The notes beneath the pieces were generated by a model. That model did not search any database. It was not told the DNA's origin and was given only the letters and a program-made list of their open reading frames with translations. Positions 55,745 to 63,743 of a stretch of 64,000 nucleotides of DNA are shown here, in pieces; the stretch's first letter is position 1; each line of letters begins with the position of its first letter. Both the position numbers and the translations under genes were made by a program. This DNA is from Patescibacteria group bacterium (GTDB taxonomy: Bacteria; Patescibacteriota; Patescibacteriia; Magasanikbacterales; GWA2-37-8): assembly GCA_028705565.1 (NCBI GenBank), contig JAQWDH010000003.1:9371-73370 (forward strand). The letters are read 5' to 3'.

Positions 55745-56554
55745 TCATTTCCATCTTACAATAAAAATCAAAAAAAGTAAAAGAAGAAAGATGTTTATAA
55801 TGACAAAAACTCTTTGTTTTTGCCAATTTAACCCTTCTTTTGAGAGATAGAAACGAGCCAAAAGCCATAAAACATACCAAATCCAACCCATCGTTAATCC
55901 TCCGGCCAAATATCCTATTGGCAAAGCCGTCAATGCCCAAAATAATTCATAATTTATTAAAAACCAAGCGCCCAACCATAAAAAAAACTGTTTATTTTTT
56001 TCTATGCCATATTCGCGCCACCACCAACCGGCAACCAAAGAAGATACTGCCGCCACCGCGCCAAGCCAAAGAAACTTATAACTACTCTCTACAATTTGAA
56101 AAGTAAAAGTCGCCCAAATCCCGGCATACAAACCCGAAATTCCTATTGTGCTCATTATAAAACGCCACGAACGGTGAGATTTTGACATAAAAGCGAGTTT
56201 TACTTCTTGCGGAGGCAAAAGCCAAAAACTGAACGCCGGAAAAAAAACAAAAATCATCGCCGTGAGATACCAAGCCCAAGGCCATTCTATAAAAAGCAAC
56301 AGCGACATTACGCCAGCGTAAAAAATCAACAGCGAAAAAAAATGATGCCAACGATTTAATTGTGGCGGATAATATACCAATCGCGCCAAAGCCGCCAAAA
56401 GCGCCAAACGGAAAAAAATCCATAAAAAAAGCACCCACCAGACGCCAAGGTTTTTCAGCCACCATAACATAACAATACAAAAAATGGCTTCCAACGTTGC
56501 CGCGAATTTAGGATGAAATGAAACGGATCTAAACATATATAATAAGTTTATCAA
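55745..56554 (-). CDS. hypothetical Trp-rich polytopic membrane protein
   Basis: ORF plus 7-8 predicted TM helices. Confidence 0.45.
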   Translation of the reverse strand: MINLLYMFRSVSFHPKFAATLEAIFCIVMLWWLKNLGVWWVLFLWIFFRLALLAALARLVYYPPQLNRWHHFFSLLIFYAGVMSLLLFIEWPWAWYLTAMIFVFFPAFSFWLLPPQEVKLAFMSKSHRSWRFIMSTIGISGLYAGIWATFTFQIVESSYKFLWLGAVAAVSSLVAGWWWREYGIEKNKQFFLWLGAWFLINYELFWALTALPIGYLAGGLTMGWIWYVLWLLARFYLSKEGLNWQKQRVFVIINIFLLLLFLIFIVRWK

Positions 56555-56632
56555 ATTTTTTAGATTTTGCCAATTTTGTCAATAACGCGTTTTTGTGCTA
56601 AACTAATTTTAAGTTTAATTTCGCGAATAATT

Positions 56633-57082
56633 ATGATATTGGCTGAAAATAAAAAAGCGCTGTTTGATTATGAAATTCTGGAAAAAATGGAGGCCGGTTT
56701 AGTGTTGTCCGGACAAGAAGTAAAATCCGCGAAAAATAAAACAATTTCTTTAAAAGGCGCCTTCGTTACGTTCCACGGAAATGACGCTTTGCTTACAAAC
56801 GCTCATTTTAGCGCATACCCGCAAGCAGGTCCAATTCCGCAATATGACCCAACGCGCAGCCGTCGCCTTTTACTCCATAAAAAACAAATCGCTTATTTAA
56901 GGGGAAAATCGCAAGAAAAGGGCTTGACAATAGTGCCGTTGATGGTGTATATTAAGAACCATCTTGTCAAAGTGGAAATCGCCGTTGCTCGCGGCCGCCA
57001 CAAATACGATAAAAGAGAAGTATTGAAAGAACGAGATTTAAAAAAAGAATTAAGCAGGGCGCAAAAGCAAAAAAATTTTTAA
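56633..57082 (+). CDS. smpB: SsrA-binding protein SmpB (start at the internal Met MILAENKKALFDY)
   Basis: ..NKKALFDYEILEKMEAGLVLSGQEVKS.. and a basic C-terminal tail; immediately upstream of the tmRNA gene. Confidence 0.85.
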   Translation: MILAENKKALFDYEILEKMEAGLVLSGQEVKSAKNKTISLKGAFVTFHGNDALLTNAHFSAYPQAGPIPQYDPTRSRRLLLHKKQIAYLRGKSQEKGLTIVPLMVYIKNHLVKVEIAVARGRHKYDKREVLKERDLKKELSRAQKQKNF

Positions 57083-57195
57083 ATGACATTTTTCCCCCTT
57101 CGGGAGATCTCCCAAATGGGGAAAAAATGGATAATTGCCTGCCTGCATACCTACGGTATGTAAACCGGTAGGCAGGATAATTGGAAATTAGTTAT

Positions 57196-57591
57196 GGGGG
57201 TGTCGGGTTTCGACAGAAATCTTCGGCTCCGCCGGCATACCGAGATGTCTCCGGTCTCGTTAAAAATCGAAGAAAAATAATAAGTGCTAACTTATTTTCA
57301 AAAGTGAAATCTGTTTTAGCCAACGCTTTTAGCGCCGGCTACAGTTTCGCTCCGTCAATCGCTTAATTGCGGTTGTCCATCGCGTTAGCGACGCTCGGTA
57401 GCTAATTGCGGTGTCACTTACCGAGAGTAGATGATGTTCGCCGCCGTACGAAAATCATTGAAAGTTATTCGGCTCGCCAATCGAATTTTTGCTCCCTTCA
57501 TATTCGGTTGATTAAATTACCAAGGGAAATAAGTATGTAGATGGCGCTGTCGTAATTTTCTAGACGCGAGTTCAACTCTCGCCACTTCCAC
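57196..57591 (+). ncRNA. ssrA: transfer-messenger RNA (tmRNA, ssrA)
   Basis: 5' GGGGGTGTCGGGTTTCGACAG.. and 3' ..GACGCGAGTTCAACTCTCGCCACTTCCAC closely match tmRNA tRNA-like-domain ends (E. coli: GGGGCUG..UUCGAC.. / ..GGACGCGGGUUCAACUCCCGCCAGCUCCACCA). The acceptor stem GGGGGTG/CACTTCC pairs. An internal tag ORF (57319..57366) ends with a TAA. Confidence 0.85.
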
Positions 57592-57635
57592 AAATAAATC
57601 AGAGTATTATGAGAATATCAAGAAGGAGACCGAAA

Positions 57636-58157
57636 ATTATTGAAGAAAAAAAAGATTTTCGTTTTAACGAACGCATTGTCGCCCGCGAAGTTTTTGTTAT
57701 CGGCGACGAAGGCGTAGGTTTGGGTATTATGAAGACGCAGGACGCGATTAATTTGGCGCGCGAACAAGAAATGGATTTGGTGGAAATAAATCCGAAAGCT
57801 GAACCGCCTGTCGCTAAAATTATGAATTTCGGGCATTTTAAATATCAGCAAGAAAAACAGGACCGTTTGCGGCGCGCGCATCAGCATGTGATGAAAATAA
57901 AATGCGTTCGCTTGTCTTTGCGTATCGGGGCTCATGATTTGGAAATTCGCAAAGACCAGGCCGTTGATTTTTTAAACGGCGGAGACAAAGCGAAAATTGA
58001 AATCATATTGAAAGGGCGCGAATTACAGCAAGGTCCGATGGCTTTCGCGGTAATAAAAAAATTTATTGAAGATGTCGGTAAAGCAATGCAAATACGCGTT
58101 GACCAGCCGGCGGAAAGACAGGGTAATAAAATAACATCTATAATAGTAAAAAGTTAA
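57636..58157 (+). CDS. infC: translation initiation factor IF-3, probable AUU start codon (alternative in-frame ATG at 57609 lacks an SD)
   Basis: ..FRFNERIVAREVFVIGDEG..DLVEINPKAEPPVAKIMNFGHFKYQ.. matches IF-3. AGGAGA lies 6 nt upstream of ATT at 57636. Confidence 0.85.
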   Translation: MIEEKKDFRFNERIVAREVFVIGDEGVGLGIMKTQDAINLAREQEMDLVEINPKAEPPVAKIMNFGHFKYQQEKQDRLRRAHQHVMKIKCVRLSLRIGAHDLEIRKDQAVDFLNGGDKAKIEIILKGRELQQGPMAFAVIKKFIEDVGKAMQIRVDQPAERQGNKITSIIVKS

Positions 58158-58161
58158 ACAT

Positions 58162-58356
58162 ATGAACAAAATAAAAACACACAAGGCCACGGCCAAAAGA
58201 TTTAAAAAAACCAAAAGCGGCAAAGTCGTGAAGCGCGCTTGCGGACAAAGTCATTTTAACGCCAAAGAATCGGGCAACACCAGACGCAATAAAAGAAAAG
58301 CCGTCACTTTGAGCGAATCTTTTCATGGAATAATTGACACTAATTTAATGAAATAA
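58162..58356 (+). CDS. rpmI: 50S ribosomal protein L35
   Basis: MNKIKTHKATAKRFKKTKSGKV.. typical of L35; infC-rpmI-rplT order. Confidence 0.9.
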   Translation: MNKIKTHKATAKRFKKTKSGKVVKRACGQSHFNAKESGNTRRNKRKAVTLSESFHGIIDTNLMK

Positions 58357-58360
58357 AAAT

Positions 58361-58705
58361 ATGACAAGAATAAAAGGCGGTCTTCTGCACGCCAAACGCA
58401 GACGAGGCATATTAAAACACACCAAGGGCTACCGCTGGGGCAGAAAATCAAAAATAAAAGTTGCCAAGGTTGCCAAAATGAAAGCCGGACAATACGCTTT
58501 TGTAGGACGCAAAACAAAAAAAAGAATCAACCGCGGGCTTAATATCGCCAGAATCAATGCCGCGCTTGACGCAAGAGGTTTGAGCTACAGCGTGTTTATG
58601 GGAAAGCTCAAAAAACAAGGAATAAAATTGGACAGAAAAGTCCTCGCTCAAATCGCGAGACATTATCCGGGGATACTTGAAAAAATAATTGAAGCGATAA
58701 AATAA
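58361..58705 (+). CDS. rplT: 50S ribosomal protein L20
   Basis: MTRIKGGLLHAKRRRGILKHTKGYRWGRK.. typical of L20. Confidence 0.9.
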   Translation: MTRIKGGLLHAKRRRGILKHTKGYRWGRKSKIKVAKVAKMKAGQYAFVGRKTKKRINRGLNIARINAALDARGLSYSVFMGKLKKQGIKLDRKVLAQIARHYPGILEKIIEAIK

Positions 58706-58760
58706 ACCCGACATAGGCGGTAATCTTCGTTGTCATCCCCGTGACAAATATAAAAATTAA

Positions 58761-58801
58761 AAGTCATCCTGCGATTCAAACCATGGGATGACTTTTTTTA
58801 A
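58761..58801 (+). terminator. rho-independent terminator of the infC-rpmI-rplT operon
   Basis: Hairpin AAGTCATCC-(16 nt)-GGATGACTT followed by TTTTTTTA. Confidence 0.65.
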
Positions 58802-58814
58802 TCGCTTTTAAATT

Positions 58815-60497
58815 TTATTTTATCGCCAATCCTAAAATATTTTCCGCGAGCAAATCGCCGGATATCGCGTCATAAGCCGATACGCGAATGTTGTAATTTC
58901 CTGTCGGCAATCGCGAACTTAAAGATTGTTTAACCGACAAGCTGTTCACCGCGCCGGAAGCTAATGTCCATTTGCCTTTGTCAATACTGTATTCATTATT
59001 ATACTCATCCAGAAGCTGCCGAGTTAAACGAATTTTTTTTGTTTGTTCGCCTTGATTGCCGAAGCCGTATTGAAATTTAAAAACAAACGGCAATTTTGCT
59101 GACATTTTATTTTTATCAAAAAATGATCCGCTGAAATATATATCGGAATACGCCAAAGTTGAAGTTGAACTTAAAACAAACTTTTTTTCTTCAGGATTTT
59201 TTATCGCGACGACAAATCCATTTTCGTCCAATAACTTGTTTTTTTTATCAAGTATTTTTATTTTTATCGAGTATTCGCCTGATTTTATGTTATTATCTAT
59301 AATATCTTTTACATTAAAACTGAAAACTCCGTTTTTTTTCAACGTCGTTTGCGCGAACGCTGCGCGAACGACTTTTCCATTTTTATTTAAAAACTGCCTG
59401 ATAATTTTAAAAGAATCCGTTTTGCCTTTTTGGTTTTTATATTCGTAATAAAATCTAAAAAAATCCCCTTTTTGATAAATCGCGTTGGCGACTCGCGTTA
59501 TTTTAATGTTTGAGAAAGGATTCAAAACATCCACCGCTCCGGCGGAAACCGTTGATGTCGCGGTCATCGGTTTTTCAGATATCTGACTTACGACAAAAAA
59601 ATACAAAGTTTTCACCTCTGTTTCGGTTCCATACCAGTTACGAAATTTGACATATACTTTTTTCAATCCAAGTCCGGAAGACAAAACAAAAGATTTTGAC
59701 GGTTTATAACTTTCCCACGAAGATCCTTTGAAATCGGTATTTTCCGAAATAGCCATTGTTTCGGCGTTTGTAGCTTCAAATTTTAAAATCACATTCGGAG
59801 AAGTTACGCGAATCGCCACCGGCGGCGCCGGAATTAACGGTATCACTCCCCCTCCGCCACCGCCTCCGGCTGAAGAAACAGGGGGAACAATCACAGGAGG
59901 TTTTTCTTTCTCTTTTTCTTTTGACGCGCCGACACTAACTTTTGAAATTATAAAAATCATCGCGTTGGCTTTATCCAAAATAACGCTTGGCGCGGATATT
60001 GTTTCAATAAAAATTTTATAATCCCCGATGCCGATGGGATTTATCAAACGATGCGCGCCAACGCCTTCAAAATTCGCTTGTGTTCCTATTTTTACGGTTA
60101 TTTCATCATTCACTTGAATTTTCTCCGAATCGTTCAAAGTAAAAATAAATTTTCCTGAATTTCCATACTCAATTGAAAGCCCCATTGAACTTCCGACTCC
60201 GACACCGGCAGACAAAGCTATTTTTTTATTCACTCCGTTTATTAAAAAATCAATATCTTCCAAACCAAGCTGGTCTGGAATCTCAAAAAAACCTGCCTCA
60301 GGTTGTATGACAATTTTTCCGGAAAAAGGGACGTCTCTTGTTGCTGTAAATTTAATAGTATGATTTGATTCAACGCCAGGAGCCGAATTTGACAAAAGGT
60401 CGCTCGTAAAAGTTAAAACAGCGGCGCCAGCGGGCGCCGCGCAAAGCATCAAAACAACCAATAAAATAATCAATAATTTTGCCGTTTTCATATTCAA
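58815..60497 (-). CDS. secreted cell-surface protein, paralog 1 (N-terminal domain shared with 62121..63305; Pro/Gly-rich linker; C-terminal beta-rich region)
   Basis: Signal peptide. Shared motifs ..ESNHTIKFTA.. and ..ITVKIGTQANFEGVGAHRLINPIGIGDYKI.. Linker KPPVIVPPVSSAGGGGGGGVIPLIPAPPVA. Confidence 0.6.
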   Translation of the reverse strand: MNMKTAKLLIILLVVLMLCAAPAGAAVLTFTSDLLSNSAPGVESNHTIKFTATRDVPFSGKIVIQPEAGFFEIPDQLGLEDIDFLINGVNKKIALSAGVGVGSSMGLSIEYGNSGKFIFTLNDSEKIQVNDEITVKIGTQANFEGVGAHRLINPIGIGDYKIFIETISAPSVILDKANAMIFIISKVSVGASKEKEKEKPPVIVPPVSSAGGGGGGGVIPLIPAPPVAIRVTSPNVILKFEATNAETMAISENTDFKGSSWESYKPSKSFVLSSGLGLKKVYVKFRNWYGTETEVKTLYFFVVSQISEKPMTATSTVSAGAVDVLNPFSNIKITRVANAIYQKGDFFRFYYEYKNQKGKTDSFKIIRQFLNKNGKVVRAAFAQTTLKKNGVFSFNVKDIIDNNIKSGEYSIKIKILDKKNKLLDENGFVVAIKNPEEKKFVLSSTSTLAYSDIYFSGSFFDKNKMSAKLPFVFKFQYGFGNQGEQTKKIRLTRQLLDEYNNEYSIDKGKWTLASGAVNSLSVKQSLSSRLPTGNYNIRVSAYDAISGDLLAENILGLAIK

Positions 60498-60946
60498 TCG
60501 TTTACGCGGCGGCGCTTCGCGTCAAAATAAAAATTTAATGACACGAGGCAAAGCAGGGCCAATGTAAAAATCGTCAAAAAACGCACTGTCGTGTCCAAGC
60601 CCTCAACTTCTCCGATAAAATTATTTTCTTTTTCAAAAATAATTTTTTCTTTTTCCGATAATGCGATTTCCTTGTCTTTTAACATTGAAACCACTTGGTT
60701 GAACGAATTCGCCTCCACCGCGGCGGACACGCTCGTTCCTTTGTCGTGCTCCGCCGCGAAAGTGGATATTATTAATTCTTTTTCTTCGGCTGTCGCTTTT
60801 TCACTTCTCAACTGTTCGGCTAATTCCAAAATTTTAAAATTTTCCGCTTCAATGAAATTTGGTATCTTGTCAAAAATAAACGCGGCCAGAAAAAATCCCG
60901 ACAAGCAGAAAATCATAGCCGACCAAATTTTTGTCTTTTCCCGCAT
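60494..60946 (-). CDS. small membrane protein with N- and C-terminal TM segments and a central coiled coil (hypothetical)
   Basis: ORF and hydrophobicity; overlaps the neighbouring gene by 4 nt. Confidence 0.45.
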   Translation of the reverse strand: MREKTKIWSAMIFCLSGFFLAAFIFDKIPNFIEAENFKILELAEQLRSEKATAEEKELIISTFAAEHDKGTSVSAAVEANSFNQVVSMLKDKEIALSEKEKIIFEKENNFIGEVEGLDTTVRFLTIFTLALLCLVSLNFYFDAKRRRVND

Positions 60947-60949
60947 ATA

Positions 60950-62002
60950 TTAAGCGAATAGTATGAATAGAACCAGAGCGAAAGCTAAAACAAATATGAT
61001 AATCGCGGCCAAAGAAGGTCCGCAACAATGTTTTCTTTTCTCTTTCCATGAATAATCTTTAATGCCGCTTTGGCGAAGTTTCTTCCTTATGTGAAGTTTG
61101 GCGAAAATGTAAGCCAAAGCGAACAAGGCCAATATGGCGCCGGCAGACGGCAAAATAATACCGAGAGGAAGAACCCAAAACGACAAATCATCGGATATGG
61201 TTCTGACTTCTTCGTCGCCATAAGCCAAACTCATCACCGCTTGGTATCTGCCAAACAAAATTTCATCCGTTGACCATACTAATTCAAATTGACGACTCGC
61301 GCCAGGAAACACGGCCGCGGCATCGTCGTTCATTTTTAACACCGCGATTTTCCGTCCGAAATTATTTATAATTTCAATGGGACCGCGCGGTTTAATCAAA
61401 GTATTGCCGTTGTTTTCAATTCCTGTTGTAAATTTGATATTCGGTTTAAAATAAACCGCCTTGTCCGTGAAAAATTCCTTGACGCGCGCCTCTTCGGACG
61501 CTTCTCCGGCTATGCGCAAATTTATAATGGTGCCGACCTGGTAATTTATGCCGACCCCACTCTCTTCCGTGCGAGACGGATCGGTGCCTAGAAAAATACT
61601 GCCAAAATGTCCGCCTGGCGCCGCGTCTTTCGGAACTGTAATGGAATATGGTATATCAACCGTTCCTCCGCCGGAAATTTCCACAGCTTCCGAAGTTATT
61701 TGTATCCAAGACGAAATTTCATAGCCGGTTTTTTCTCCTTCTTTCGCGAAAATCGGATGGCCTTCGGAATCAAGAGACGATATATCGCGTTTAATGACAT
61801 AATACAAACTTTTTTCCGCGCCTAAATTGGACGCATGCAAAATTGAAGAAAATGTTTGACCGGGTTCAACTTTTTCTTCAATGATTGACGGCTGAACTTT
61901 TATGCCGACATTAGAATTTTCTTGAGCTAATATTTTCGCCGGAGCCAGCAAAAAACAACAAATTAAAACCGGCAATAAATAAAATATAAATCTTTTTTTC
62001 AT
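60950..62002 (-). CDS. secreted protein with C-terminal TM anchor and short basic tail (DUF916/DUF3324-like topology, tentative)
   Basis: Signal peptide, two beta-rich halves (..ITVPKDAAPGGHFGSIFLG.. / ..GIENNGNTLIKPRGPIEIINNFG..), then C-terminal TM LPLGIILPSAGAILALFALAYIFA followed by KLHIRKK. Confidence 0.5.
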   Translation of the reverse strand: MKKRFIFYLLPVLICCFLLAPAKILAQENSNVGIKVQPSIIEEKVEPGQTFSSILHASNLGAEKSLYYVIKRDISSLDSEGHPIFAKEGEKTGYEISSWIQITSEAVEISGGGTVDIPYSITVPKDAAPGGHFGSIFLGTDPSRTEESGVGINYQVGTIINLRIAGEASEEARVKEFFTDKAVYFKPNIKFTTGIENNGNTLIKPRGPIEIINNFGRKIAVLKMNDDAAAVFPGASRQFELVWSTDEILFGRYQAVMSLAYGDEEVRTISDDLSFWVLPLGIILPSAGAILALFALAYIFAKLHIRKKLRQSGIKDYSWKEKRKHCCGPSLAAIIIFVLAFALVLFILFA

Positions 62003-62032
62003 ATTTAAATTGATTAAGTAAAGCGCAAGCCC

Positions 62033-62063
62033 GAACTCCCGTCCTGCTTGCGGGCGGGAGTTC
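62033..62063 (-). terminator. GC-rich hairpin downstream of the 62121..63305 gene (terminator-like)
   Basis: Perfect 9-bp inverted repeat GAACTCCCG ... CGGGAGTTC. Confidence 0.4.
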
Positions 62064-62120
62064 AGGGTTCACACCTTAGGAGAGCGGATAAAGGATTCTT
62101 ATCGCGTGATTTAGCTAATT

Positions 62121-63305
62121 TTAAAAGGTCGGTGTTGCCACATAAGTAAGCGAATTGGTGTAGTCATTCGCCGCTTCTTGCAATGCCGAGATTTCAATTT
62201 TTATACCAACTCTTGTTTGGCCTTTATCGGCCGTTGATCCGTTTGCCGGACCCGTGTGTGAAAACACGGTGCGGGGGGTGCCCAAATTTCCGGCGTATAA
62301 CGCAGTACCAAATTCATTGACGTTTAAATCGGAATCCTCACTGGTTATGCCATAATGTCCGTATGTCGCTTCGCTGTCCAATGTGGCAGTTGGAACTGCC
62401 CACGCTTCGGGCGTAGCCGTGCTTGCCCCATCTTTAAATGTATCTATGTCTGCGCCGTTTACACTGAGCAGATTTTGATCCTGTTGCACTGTCACAATAA
62501 AACCGTTTTTGGCGTTAGTTGAAACCGAAAGCGTTTGCCCAAGCACTTTGGCTGCGCCAGGTGTCAATTCTCCGAACGGCAATTCTGTGGCAGTAGCGCC
62601 CGTGGATGTTAGCACCACGTCCCCATTGATAGCTTGTCCCGATGCAACGCCTGCAATCGTGAATGTAAAATTCGTAGAAACAGACGCGGTTACAACCACA
62701 TCATCTATAATCGCGACTAAAATTTTTGCCGTTGTTCCCGCAGGAGCTGTTGCGTCTATCTGATAAGAACCGGCTGTTGGCGGGTTGACTATTTGGCTGT
62801 CTCCGACTCCTCCAACCGTTGTGTTTGTGCCGATTTTTATCGTGAGCGGGGTGCTTACGGCTATCGGGTCTGTTCCGCTGCAATGAGTGAATGTAAACAC
62901 ATTTTCCGCTGAAATTGATGTGATTTCAAATTCCGTCAAACCGCTTACAGGACAACTTCCCGCCGCGTTTACTGTGATATTATTGGATGTTGATGTGGTG
63001 ATATCAAAATCCAACGGGTCTGTTTCTGAAAAAGCCGGCGTGCTTGTGGTTGAAAACGAATCAGGGAAATCTATAACAATGGTTGAGCTCGCTGAAATTA
63101 AAGTTTTGGTGGTAAATTTTATGGTGTGATTCGCCTTAACCCCAAGGTCGGAATCCGACAATGTATCTTCCGCTTGAGTAAGCTGGGCGGCTTTCGCGTT
63201 GCTTATTAAAATAGACAAATTAAACACGCAAGCGAGAAAACTTATCAGAACAGTCGCGGAAATAACTGAAAATATTTTATCTTTGCGAATATTTATTTTT
63301 TTCAT
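62121..63305 (-). CDS. secreted cell-surface protein, paralog 2 (N-terminal domain shared with 58815..60497; Thr/Ser/Ala-rich beta-type repeats)
   Basis: Signal peptide. Shared motifs ..KANHTIKFTT.. and ..LTIKIGTNTTVGGVGDSQIVNPPTAGSYQI.. Confidence 0.6.
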   Translation of the reverse strand: MKKINIRKDKIFSVISATVLISFLACVFNLSILISNAKAAQLTQAEDTLSDSDLGVKANHTIKFTTKTLISASSTIVIDFPDSFSTTSTPAFSETDPLDFDITTSTSNNITVNAAGSCPVSGLTEFEITSISAENVFTFTHCSGTDPIAVSTPLTIKIGTNTTVGGVGDSQIVNPPTAGSYQIDATAPAGTTAKILVAIIDDVVVTASVSTNFTFTIAGVASGQAINGDVVLTSTGATATELPFGELTPGAAKVLGQTLSVSTNAKNGFIVTVQQDQNLLSVNGADIDTFKDGASTATPEAWAVPTATLDSEATYGHYGITSEDSDLNVNEFGTALYAGNLGTPRTVFSHTGPANGSTADKGQTRVGIKIEISALQEAANDYTNSLTYVATPTF

Positions 63306-63400
63306 ATTTTTGTTCTCCTTTCTTTTATTAATTTTTTTAATCGCCTCGACCTTTGACCTCCTTTAATAATGGCCGACGTTTTTTTAAAAAATAGTTTTTC

Positions 63401-63435
63401 ATTAAATCAAAAGCGCGCCCCTTGCGGGGTGCGCT
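63401..63435 (-). terminator. hairpin terminator downstream of the small Cys-rich gene
   Basis: AGCGCGCCCC-ttgc-GGGGTGCGCT, followed on the minus strand by a T-rich tract. Confidence 0.45.
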
Positions 63436-63500
63436 CTAAAGGACACTTGATTCGGTGTGGCAGATTGTCGCTCGAAAGCTTTCAATCGCCTATTTTGTTT

Positions 63501-63743
63501 TCATTTTTTTTCAATTCTTACAAATTTTATTTGATTAACCGGAATGATTTTTTTGCAATTATGGCAAATCGCTTCCCAATCGTCAAAACGATTAAGAATA
63601 TTCGCTTTGCCTATCAACGCCCTGCAATCACGATGGTAAAGGAGATAAGTAAAATGGTCGGATTCCTCGTACATTTTAAGCATCTCCGCGTCTTTAAGCG
63701 GTAACTGTAAATTGTTATTATTGTTACCTCCTTTATATTTCAT
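63501..63743 (-). CDS. hypothetical small Cys/His-containing protein (80 aa, zinc-ribbon-like C..C..H..C spacing)
   Basis: ORF only (..HRDCRAL..ICHNCKK..). Flanked by CGCTC[G/T]AAAGGACAC repeats. Confidence 0.4.
   Translation of the reverse strand: MKYKGGNNNNNLQLPLKDAEMLKMYEESDHFTYLLYHRDCRALIGKANILNRFDDWEAICHNCKKIIPVNQIKFVRIEKK

Noticed and set aside
57094-57175. Two stable hairpins between smpB and ssrA, considered as separate small RNAs
   Set aside because: They are best explained as the smpB terminator and the ssrA promoter/precursor leader; the mature tmRNA 5' end is at 57196.
59820-59890. GC/purine-rich low-complexity run, considered as a tandem repeat or CRISPR-like array
   Set aside because: It encodes the Pro/Gly-rich linker (PPVIVPPVSSAGGGGGGGVIPLIPAPPVA) of the surface protein. 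There are no spacer-repeat periodicities here or anywhere else in the window, and no CRISPR array was found.
63325-63345. GGTCAAAGGTCGAG on the minus strand upstream of the 62121..63305 gene, reminiscent of CtsR GGTCAAA heptads
   Set aside because: The two half-sites are directly adjacent (7-nt periodicity) instead of the 10-nt spacing of a CtsR box. It is probably part of the SD/leader region.
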